DNA of 59,294 nucleotides, the filler included, from Globobulimina sp. (lineage: Eukaryota), in NCBI GenBank assembly GCA_003354225.1. It is 7 parts of 7 records of this genome, joined end to end, with 100 filler letters (N's around TTAATTAATTAA, not from the genome) between each part and the next. Parts side by side here need not be neighbours in the genome. Positions count along the whole stretch, not along the records: positions 42,505 to 50,851 come from PIVH01000088.1; positions 50,952 to 59,294 come from PIVH01000089.1; 5 more parts are not named here. One strand, 5' to 3'. The notes beneath the pieces were generated by a model. It made no database searches. It saw nothing but the letters and a program-made list of their open reading frames with translations, and was not told the origin of the DNA. Positions 49,216 to 59,294 of this stretch are shown one piece after another. Both the position numbers and the translations under genes were made by a program. Numbering within the stretch: the stretch's first letter is position 1; each line of letters starts with the position of its first letter.

Positions 49216-50851
49216 TTACCATTCATGTATGTTCGGAATCTTACATTCTTTTGAAAAGTCCTTCAAAATCCACCCATTTCTCCTACATTCCTTTCTTGCT
49301 GCTTTTAACAACGATTTTATCTTAAACCTCGACGCCAAATCTGGGATCTTGTTTGCTTTCGTATTAATATAATCAATGTATAAATTTATTGATACTTCCA
49401 CGGCAAACATACAAATCCAACGGACCCCATCCTGTAGGAATTCATCATCTGAGTTTTTGTTGATTATAACAGATAAAACGTGTTTGTTATCTGTTTTTAA
49501 TAATATCTTTGTATGCGATTTTATTAAATGTTTGAACGTATGCAATCCTGTGATAATTGCTAACAGCTCAAAGTGTGCGATCGCATATTCTTTTACATAT
49601 TCTGTACGTAATGATCTGTACTCATTCGTAAACCTTTCGGGTATTGGTATTGCAAACCAATTCCCTTTATACCAACAACCAATCGCCGGATTCCAACCTA
49701 ATTCACGTTCACCGTTAGTCGCCGCATCAAAATGTATCTCGTCCTCTGGATATATCGGAGCACATATATCAAAAATCGACACCTTATTTACAATCCGTAT
49801 ATATTTTTTCCACCATAAAAAATCTAACATCTCCCATCTCTCTAAAATAATAATTACATTCTTCCTTCCATATAATTTTATACATTTATACAATTTATCT
49901 CTTAATCTTTTTAGAAAAGCCTTTCCCGGCCACTTAAATCCCGAGAAATCCTCCAATTTCCCAATAATCGATTCAAGCGTTTCTAAATCAACCACTTGAT
50001 GTAATAAAACCGCATTCAATAACTGTTCTATTTTAAATATCTTTACTTCCCTTATTATCACAGCCATATCTTCCGTATCCACATCAAATCCAATCATATC
50101 CAGATATTCATCCGGTCCCTCTCTCTTTTCTTGTTTTTCAACCAAACCTGCATTTAACATAAATTCTGAAAACTGCCCAAATATATTATTTGCAATTGAT
50201 TGCGAAGGAGGGAGAAAGAATAAATAATCATCAATATAATTATTGACAATTACCTTCAATAATTGTTTACAATCCATTTTTAATTTTATTAATAAATTAA
50301 AGAAATCCACTTCCTTAAAGATATTTAGTTCCTTCCTTGATAATACTTCCTTTGCTTTGTATATATTAAAAGATAATAAACGTAATCCATTAAATAATAA
50401 ATTATTAACAAATGGTAATATTGCCACCATTTTATTCTCTATTAACCATCTCTTAATACATAATCTATCCCATTTAAATAAAACTTTATTATCAAAGATA
50501 TAATTCCTATTCTTCTCATTCATTTTCTTATTCATTTTTTTATTATATTTCTTATAAAAGTATAATAAATTCCTTTTCTCAATACCTTCATTAATATCAT
50601 TCAATAATTCAATACCATTTATTTTAATGTTAAAATATCTACAAATTAATTGACCAACATCTTGAGTATGTTTTGAACCAGATCTGGTCCCCCAAAAATC
50701 ATATAAATCCGCAATTAATTTCTCATCAAATTGATAAATACAATTCTCAGGTTCAGTTATAGCTAAATATAACTGTCTGAATGCAGTCGCCAAATCTGTT
50801 TTGGCCAATTTAAACCCAGGACCCCATACTAAATACATCATATAACAATAA
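49216..50851 (-). CDS. Reverse transcriptase-RNase H of element 2, 5'-partial
   Basis: KTDLATAFRQL, FWGTRSG, YIDD, MIGF; RNase H FDAA..IAHFELLAI..KTDN..NKIPDLASR. Frame is open to the contig end. Confidence 0.9.
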
Positions 50852-50951
50852 NNNNNNNNNNNNNNNNNNNNNNNNNNNNNNNNNNNNNNNNNNNNTTAAT
50901 TAATTAANNNNNNNNNNNNNNNNNNNNNNNNNNNNNNNNNNNNNNNNNNNN
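50852..50951. other. Artificial contig spacer
   Basis: N44-TTAATTAATTAA-N44. Confidence 0.98.
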
Positions 50952-53900
50952 TATGCAAAGTGTCCGCTTAAGTCGGCAGCCGATACACTATCTCCGCGAT
51001 CCGTTAGTGGCTAAAATCATGAACCAATTAATTAGTAAATGTTACAACAGACCAAAACAAGTCTTCATGCCCTCCCAATTCACGCCCAAAGTGAGCAATG
51101 TCTGCAATAATACGCACGACGAGGATAACGATACGACCATGGCAGAGAACACAAACACAGAGAATGAGCATAAACACGTCGACGAGGACAGCACCAATGA
51201 CAAAATACGGCCCTTTGCAGTGATATCAGACTCATCCACGCCGCCACCAGCCAGCAAACGACAGAAGAACAAGGTGAGTGTACCGCAATTAGTGCTGCCT
51301 ATTGTGCCCATTCCGACTGACAATTATGGCCACGAAGTGTACCAAATCACGTGCAAAATGATCTCAGTCTGCATCCAAAATGGCGCCGGATTAGGAGTAG
51401 GCAAAATATTCCACGAATATGGCGTGACTTCGACCTTTGTCACCTCACTCACTAAGGTTTGTATGCTTGCCTTGTCATTGTATATCTATTTCTATCCGTT
51501 TTCATGTGTTTTTATTATCAAAAATATATATTTATAAATGTGTATTTAATCACACTTATAATTAGCAGGGTGTACCGAACCGATCGCAAGTCTTTCAAAT
51601 CGTGGTCGAGTGTTTGCGCGCCATTTGTCTGTACCAACCGGCTTTAGATATGATTATGGAAAGCGGTGTGATTGAATGCCTGATTCGGTGCTTTGCAAAC
51701 CCAAACTATACAAGTCAATTAACGGCGGAGGCCGCGGGCTTTTTTGCCAAGAAAATGGAGGAATTGTTGCGGCATAATCGCAAATTGCAACCGTACGGAA
51801 TTAAAGCCATCGTACGCACACTGAAGCAATTACGGAATAAACCATACTTAGAACTGAAGGAAATGTACAGTTCGCCCATCTATTTCCAAGATAATGCGGA
51901 TATAAATCGAAATGATATATTTCCATTCGAGGATGACGAAGAAATGCAATTAATTACCAATCCGACCAAAGCCAAGACGGATAAAAAAGATATATACCCA
52001 CTGTTCCCCAGCAATGAGAAGATAAAAAAACGCGTGATTTACCCCAAAGAGCCCTGTTTCACCGGCGATAATGAAGCATTTTGGAGCGCGGTTACAAATA
52101 TTGGCAAATTTTTAGAAACGTCATTGAAGAAATTCACGCAATGGGAATTTGTCAAGAATGGCGGTATGGACGCATTGGTACAATTGTCGTATGACCCCAT
52201 CATGCATTCGGTCGCTGCGATGAAAACCAAAGTATTCAAACCGGAGAAGGCCAAAAAGGAAAATAAAACCGAAGAGAAGGTGGATAGTGACGAGAAAAAG
52301 CCCGCCATTAAAATGAAAGATGTCACTGCGGAGATATCCGCTAAATTCGGCTCCTTAGTCGTCCCCGCCACCAATCCCAAGATGACCACTGCTCAAAAAG
52401 CAGTGGCAAACTCCTACCCTCACATTGAAGATACGGAATGGCCCAATTTAATCAACAAGTTATTGGACACCTTTTGCGTGGCGGATATTAGCGATGAATT
52501 CGTGAAAAGGTTTCATTATTACACGTTGGAGGAAGTGAATGGAGATTTGAAGCAATTAAAAATCAAACACCAGGAATTGGCGGATGCGCTGAAGACGGGG
52601 TCGCGTATAACTTGCTTGTTTTCCATATTGACGCGGTTAATGCGCAGGGCAGACATCAAAATCATACACAAATCCAAATTTTACTTATTCATGAAGTGTT
52701 TGTCGGATATCATACCGGGCATATTGTGGTATATGAGCTGTTCCGATACCAACTCTGTACACGAACAAGCATCGAAATTGCGGCGAGAAGTGCTGGGCTT
52801 ACTATCCAATGACGAAAAAAAGGAAAAGGAAAAGGGCAAAGATGGTGTGGACAAAACACAGAAAAACAATGAGGAGGATGTTCATGATGATAATGATGAC
52901 GATGTTGATATGACGCAGACGCAGACACAGAATGAGAAAATAGTACAGGAGCAGTTTAACGGCGTATTTATTAACATTCGTTATTATGAATGTCAAGTGG
53001 TGTCGTTAATGAATCACTTCACCAAATTCTTCAAAAACGCACTGCGAATTTATCGCCGCAGTCAGGATGGTCGGCAACGTAATCAATTCCTGGTGCAAAA
53101 TAACCAGAATGCAGTGGAATATATGAGTCATATGTTACATATCTTGATTGCTTTCAGAGCGCCGCTCTTAGGCAAATCTCACGAGGCGGTGTTCGACTTT
53201 TGGAGTATCACTCAATTTTATGAATATGTGTGCCATATCATTGAAGCGATGGCCTTCACCTCACACAAAACCATCGTGGAAGGTTTGATTAAATCCTTTA
53301 TTCAATATGGCGGCTTACAGCGTATTGTAAAGATCTTCCGCTATTTCGTGCATTGTTTAAATTTAACACTACATTCTTCGTGGAACAATAACACAAATGA
53401 CGGCAAAGCGTATATATTGTCATTAGATGCGGAGAACCCGTCCAATCCATTAAATTCCATCATTCATGGCGCCAAATATTTATTTATTAAATCGGACCAT
53501 TCCGACGATGAGGACATTAAAATCCGATTTTGTACGGAAAGTCTAGCTCAAAAAAAGAAGAAAAACGTCAAAGAAGTGGACAGCGAGCAAGAGAAACGCA
53601 AAAAAGAAGCGGAGGCCCAGAGCAAATATGGCATGAACGGAGTGGTAGAGAATTTAAAGTCTGTTGTGCTGCAATTTTATAACTTTTTATATTCATTAAT
53701 GAAAGCTGGCAATGTATCGGAAGTACATCCGGATTTTCGCAGGTATTTAGCGGTGGAATTGGCAGCTTTGTTGAAATCGTCATGGATTACGCAGCGAGAC
53801 GTGGACCAATATTTTAAACCGACGGATTTTGCCTTGATTGACAAGATTGTGGATTCTACGAATGAATACATTACGATTTGCACTGCGTACAACCTCGAAT

Positions 53901-56900
53901 ATCCCCCACCGGAAATCAAAGAGGAGAAGGAAGAGGAAAAGGAGGTGGAGGATGATACAAAAAGCAGCAAAGAAGAGGAGGAGAAGAAAGAAATGGATGT
54001 GGATATTGACGAGGATGACGACGATGAATGCGATGAGAATAAGAATGATACGGACGAGAAAGTAGTGCCTCCCGCGAGGCAGAATGCCATTGATCAGCTA
54101 TTGAGCATTGTGCCTGATGACAGGGAGTTAGTTGTTTATGCATTGGATGCGTTGCAAGAATCCGCGCCCAATAACGTCTCCGTGGCGTTAGAGTGGATAT
54201 TTACGCATCAAGAGGCCTGGAAAAAAAAGAAGGAAACCGAGGCCCAACAAGAAAAAGAGGCGACTATTAACGATGACGATGAGATTAAATATTATTTTAA
54301 ATCCATTGAGAAAAAAGAATTCAATGCGGCTATAACTACGGCGTTTTACGACGAGAAAGAGAACAAAAAAGTGGATGAGACGTCGTTGGTGTATTTGAAA
54401 TCGGATAAGGATACGTTTAATGCGCCGATATACTGGGAATACTATCCTTTATTCACCGATATTACCAATGAATTGATCGCGCCGTTGATTGGTTTAATTG
54501 ATAAAATGCCGTGCGAGGATCAGGAAAAATGGACTTTCCGCCCAATGTCGCAACCAGACCAAGTGGAGAAACTGCTGAAACGCATCGCGTTGTTAATCAA
54601 AGCGGCGCATAAATCCATAGGCGACATCAAAATGAAATGCTTGAATAAAAAGCAGATATGGCAAGAGCAGCAGCAAGCGAGTTATAAGGAGATGAAGAAG
54701 CGGAAAGTGGCAGAGTTGATTGATGCGCAGGAAATGCGCAAAGCGGAGCTGTTAAGCAAGAAATTGGCCAAGAAAGAAGCGGCGGAGAGGAAGAAGAAAG
54801 AGGCTGAATTGGCGGAATTGGAGAAGAATAAACCAAAGGAAATTGTGGATAATGCGTCGGATGAGTCGTATGACGAAGATGAAGAATTGCGGCTAGCGAT
54901 GCAAATGTCGATGATGGAGCAGTCGGATGAAGCCAATGAGGAACAAGAGGCTGATCACAAAACAGAGACTGAGGCTGAGATTGAGATTGTTCCCGTGCCC
55001 ATTGACGACGGCGCACCTCCTGTGATTGAGGAGAGTGAGGCAAAAATGCAGGTTGATAATAAGGATAAAGCTGTGGAGGAGGAGGAGGAGGATGAGGAGA
55101 ATGAAGAAGAGGAGTTTGAGACGGAATATTTTGATGAAGATGATGTGACAGAGACGGAAGAGATGCGCAAATTGTTAGTGTTCGCCACTCCGCCAATGTA
55201 GAAACAAGATCAGACTGAGATATTATTGTATAGTATCAAGACGTTGTTACGTATGTTTAACTCGCCGCGATATCCCAACAACCACGCCGCAGCGTATTGT
55301 TTTGCCATTTTACAAGATGCGGAGCCAAGGACTATTTTCATTGCGCAGGAAAATGGATTGTTGCGGACCATATGTGAGCTGATTGAGGAATGTTGCAAGA
55401 ATTTATCCGAATTGAGGGCGAAATTTGTTGATAGGGATTTAGAGGAAAAGACGTATAATGAATGCAAGACTCAGATTAAAAAATATCAATCCTTAGCCAC
55501 TACGTATTATATTATCATCACTGGCTTTTTAAATAAAAAAGCCATACGGACGCTGAAGGAGAATTTGTTGGAAGATATCAACCGAACCCATCCCCATTTA
55601 TATAAAAATGTGACTACGCAAATTGCTGCGTTGGATAAAGAGAGCGCTGCAACAAAACAAAAGGAAATCACTGATAAAGAATCTGCAAAAAAAGAAATTA
55701 AAAAGAAAATATCCTTTGATGAGGATGTCGATGACGATGATGACGATGTGGTGGAAAGCAAAGAGAAAACGGATGATAAGACGCCGGATAATAAAGATGA
55801 TGGCGATGTGACTATGGGAATGATACAGGAAACGGAGACGGAGACAGAGGCGGAACCGGTGAAAAAAAGTAAGTATCAAATAAAAAAAGAAAGGCAAAAA
55901 GTAAAAAAAGCGCTAGCAAAATCAGACTCAGACAACAAGAAAAAAGCAGAAGATGACAAACATAAGCAAGAATTCGATATTTTATATGGATATATTCACA
56001 AGAAATGCGATAAAATTAAATTAGAAGCTGCTCATAAAAATGATTTATTATCCTCGTGTTTAAAATTATTAAATTTATTTACGTGGAAACCATACTTTAA
56101 TTCTTCAAATCATTCGTTGAAACCAAAATATTATTTACGCTTTCAATGCGAATCAAATCTATTAAATCGGATATTGACTATTTTGGAATCCATAACCTCG
56201 GAATATAAATACGCGAAAATGTTATTAAATGGCGAGGGTTACAAATGCATTTTAAATTGTTCCACGACCAGCTCTTCCACGGCAAACACGAGGATCTCGG
56301 GCATGGCCACCAGTATTATCCGGCACATATTCGACGAGCCATCGTTGTTAACCGATGCCATGATTCGGCAAATTAAGTTATCCTTTGAACATTTGCGGAA
56401 AACCTTTACTGGGAAACAGAAATCTGCCTCTTCGCCATTTGCCAATTTATCCGGCAATGCCACGCCGGAAACTGCAGTGTTTACCCAATTATTTGACCCC
56501 TTCATACCGCTGACTAACTTTATGAGCAGCTTCAAATCGTTGGCGGCGAGGAACGAGAGCTCCTTTTACAACGCAGTGAAAAATTCCTGCTTAATTGTGC
56601 GCGATGAAAAGTCGAAATTAATCCTATCTTCGCGCGAATTATTGAATAAATTTGCGTTGACATTGCGCCAAGAAGCGAAGCAAAATGGGAAGTGGGAATC
56701 GCAGGATCCGCGCACTGTGCAATGGATGTCTTACACTGACACGGACTGCATACGGATTGAGAGTGTGTACCAAGAGTTTGTGAACCGATTTATTAGCGGT
56801 AATTTGCAGAACTTCCATAGCATTCCGTCCACAGTGAGTGTGCATTTCGATGGGCAGGCTTTTACTGTGGATGTGCGAGAGTATAAACAGAAGAATAATT

Positions 56901-59294
56901 CTGGTGGATCGAGGAAGATACGGCGGCGGAGACTGAATTTGGAAGAAAAGCGGAAGAATGCACTGCAAGCAAAGAAGGAAGAAAGAGAGAAATTATTAAA
57001 GGAAAAACTGGAAAAGGAAAAGGCGGAAACTACAAAACCATGCGATGGTAACGAGGCAGACAAAGATAAACCGGAACAGAAAGCAGATGATAAATTGGAT
57101 GAGAATACAAATCAGAAAAAGAGTGAGAAGGAAGAAGCAGACGATGACGAAGATGGCGATGTAACCATTGCTGACAAAGAAAAGGATAAAAAAATATCAT
57201 CTCCGAGGTCGCCAATAAAACTCGCATACAAAGTGTTTAATAAATATCCAATGTGTCGGCCCTATTTAGAGCAGCATAAGACTGACGACAAAGTATTATC
57301 TTCTTTTGAAGCGCCACTAAATGCATTAATGTCCATTATTGTGCAGACTACAGTGGATATCAAAGATTATTGCATTATAAAACGCGTTGAAATGAAGAAT
57401 GATGAACGTGAGAGGAGACTGAAAAAGAAGAAAGAATCTGAGCAAAAGGAGCAGAAAGAAAAAGAAAAGGAAAATAATATTGTTGTTGATGATGATGATA
57501 TTGATATCGATGCAGATGTGTTGGATGAAGATATGGTTATTTTGACCAATAAAAAAGGCAAAACCACGGACACTACAGATAATGAATTGAAAATGGAAGA
57601 GGATGATGACGAGTTAGAAGATGCGTTGCCGTCCATATCTGCCATGCAAACCATACTGGGCAGCTGCCGATTATTTGCCATTGGCGATATGTTGAAAATA
57701 TTAAATGATATCATTGGGAACTACCCCAAATTCAGTTCGTTGGTGGTCAATTTCAACGCGAATACAGGCACACTTCGGTCCACATCATTTGTGCAATTCA
57801 TGATTGATGAATTAATTCCATATTCCTCGCCATTGAATGAATCTAAAAATGTGGTGAAACCGGATAAATCCACCATTGCTTCCAATTTATTGAAAAGCAT
57901 TGCTGGTTTGAATCAGGATAAAAACCAATTAAGCGACCAGAATGCGACCAAATTTGTACTCAGTACGTTAGTGAAACACATCGGGAATCACAGCAGTAAA
58001 TTATACCGATTATCCACTTGGACAGAACTGGAAAAACAACCAAGTTTAGCCGGTACTAAATGGAATCCGATGGAGCGAATGAACAAGAAATTAGTGAAGA
58101 AGCATGAAAATAAGATATTGGAGCAACTATACCAAGTAAAGTCTAATTTGGAAGTGCTACGCGATTTTGTCAAGACGCCCAGTGACAGATTTTGTCGATT
58201 TGCCGCGCGGATATTGACGGATTCCGAAGTGATCGATACTGTTTGCAAGGTATTAGAGTCTAAATTCGATTATGGATATTGCAAAACGGAAGTAACCAAC
58301 AATCGGATTATTGGTAACAGTTTAGCCCGTTCTGTGGAGTTAAAATCCAATTTCTTAAACCCAATCGCCAAATTATTGCACAATATTTGCGAGATTGATA
58401 GTATTAATCCTATTTATAACCAATTAAAATCACAACGACGCAAATCACGGAAGCGGAAAAGTATGGATAACAACTTGATGGATGTTGATAATAAATCCAT
58501 TGATAACACTGCGCCAACTTCGCCATTGTTGGAGTCTGACCCTATGATCAATGACGGCATTATTCACAGTACATCGGACGAACTAGCACGAGCAGCCAAT
58601 CCGAGCAACGATTTAGTACAATTCATATCGGATATATCCGGGCAAATGGGTGACATTGAAAATGTACAGTTTGAAGTTGAACACGTAGTGATCGATGGCG
58701 ACGGCAATATTGAGGACAGGAATTACGGAGTCATTGATTTTGATGACGGTGGCAACGAAGACGAAGATATGGTGGATTCGCAAGATATGAATGATGAAAG
58801 TAACGCAAATACGGAGCTGAATGATGGCGACAATGAGGACGACGACGATGAGGATGAGGATGAGAATGAAAATGATGAACAGGACGAAGACGAAGACGAC
58901 GAAGAGGATGAGGATGACGATGATGAGGAGGATGAAGACGAGGAAGATGATGAGCAATATAACGAGGAAAATTTAGACCGTTTATACGGACAATATGCAG
59001 AGGATGACGCGGACGCGTTTTATGACGATGACGACTTGAATGAATATGACGAGTACGGCGAGGAAGATATTGATGACGACGACGACGACGATGATGAAGT
59101 GGATGTACCGACCTCTGTCCATCGCATTGCCAACGATTTTATGGATGACTTGGGCGGTTCGGATGATTTTCGTCAATTTTTCTTACGTTCCCAGCGCTTT
59201 GCCAATATCCGAAGGTTAGATTCGATATTAAATGGTGATGAGAGCGCCGCCATTCCCCGCCATGTGAATCGAGCCGGCGGGCAACCCCAAGCCG
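50952..59294 (+). CDS. HUWE1: HUWE1/UPL1/Tom1-like E3 ubiquitin ligase, internal fragment (introns 51457..51568 and probably 55174..55233)
   Basis: ARM-like AICLY..MEELLRH; UBA (AIDQLLSI..NNVSVALEWIFTH); UIM (DEDEELRLAMQMSM); WWE at ~56680-56930 (KWESQD..QWMSY..IES.Y..FTVDV..KQ.N....RKIRR); long acidic tract at 58700-59100. The last exon is open to the window end; the HECT domain is not in the window. Confidence 0.8.

Larger units (their letters stand above)
42505..50851 (-). mobile_element. Tyrosine-recombinase retrotransposon (DIRS/Ngaro-like), element 2, circularly permuted order RT-YR-gag
   Basis: RT-RNase H, YR and zinc-finger gag all lie on the minus strand and fill the whole contig. 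Confidence 0.88.

Noticed and set aside
8415-50951. Regularly spaced TTAATTAATTAA palindromes, and apparent clustering of three retroelements
   Set aside because: These are artificial spacers between length-sorted contigs, so adjacency across them has no biological meaning.
55174-55233. In-frame TAG at 55199-55201 in the HUWE1-like gene as stop readthrough or an alternative genetic code
   Set aside because: A 60-nt frame-preserving intron (gttagt...attattgtatag, 55174-55233) removes it, and other genes here end normally at TAA/TAG/TGA.
58700-59110. GAY/GAR-rich repeat as an array or CRISPR
   Set aside because: It is the Asp/Glu-rich coding tract of the HUWE1-like protein and has no repeat-spacer structure.

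Overview
This window is eukaryotic, AT-rich and intron-bearing. The gene style suggests a foraminiferan/rhizarian protist (inference). It is not one locus: seven unlinked contigs of steadily decreasing length (8414, 8413, 8410, 8393, 8374, 8347, 8343 bp) are joined by artificial 100-nt N44-TTAATTAATTAA-N44 spacers. Contigs 1, 4, 5 and 7 carry host genes: a CHASE membrane protein, a secreted CE4 polysaccharide deacetylase, a PT-repeat surface protein, a GMC oxidoreductase, a CAP-Gly protein, a FAM184-like coiled coil, a giant RCC1-repeat protein, SPEF2, an MFS transporter, an SDR and a HUWE1-like ligase. Contig 3 is a near full-length RNase H-bearing LINE. Contigs 2 and 6 each carry a divergent tyrosine-recombinase (DIRS/Ngaro-like) retroelement. 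The main observation is that both YR elements appear to have one large first exon ending in a phase-1 GT donor. Every downstream ORF (gag zinc-finger exon, RT-RNase H or its candidate N-terminus, YR) opens at a phase-1 AG acceptor, suggesting three proteins made by alternative splicing from one shared exon. Element 2 is also circularly permuted (RT-YR-gag, open frames at both contig ends). It has a SAM-like insertion inside the RT palm and a sense-strand-specific RNA complementarity linking the donor region to the YR acceptor region. All family calls come from motif recognition by eye; no searches were run.
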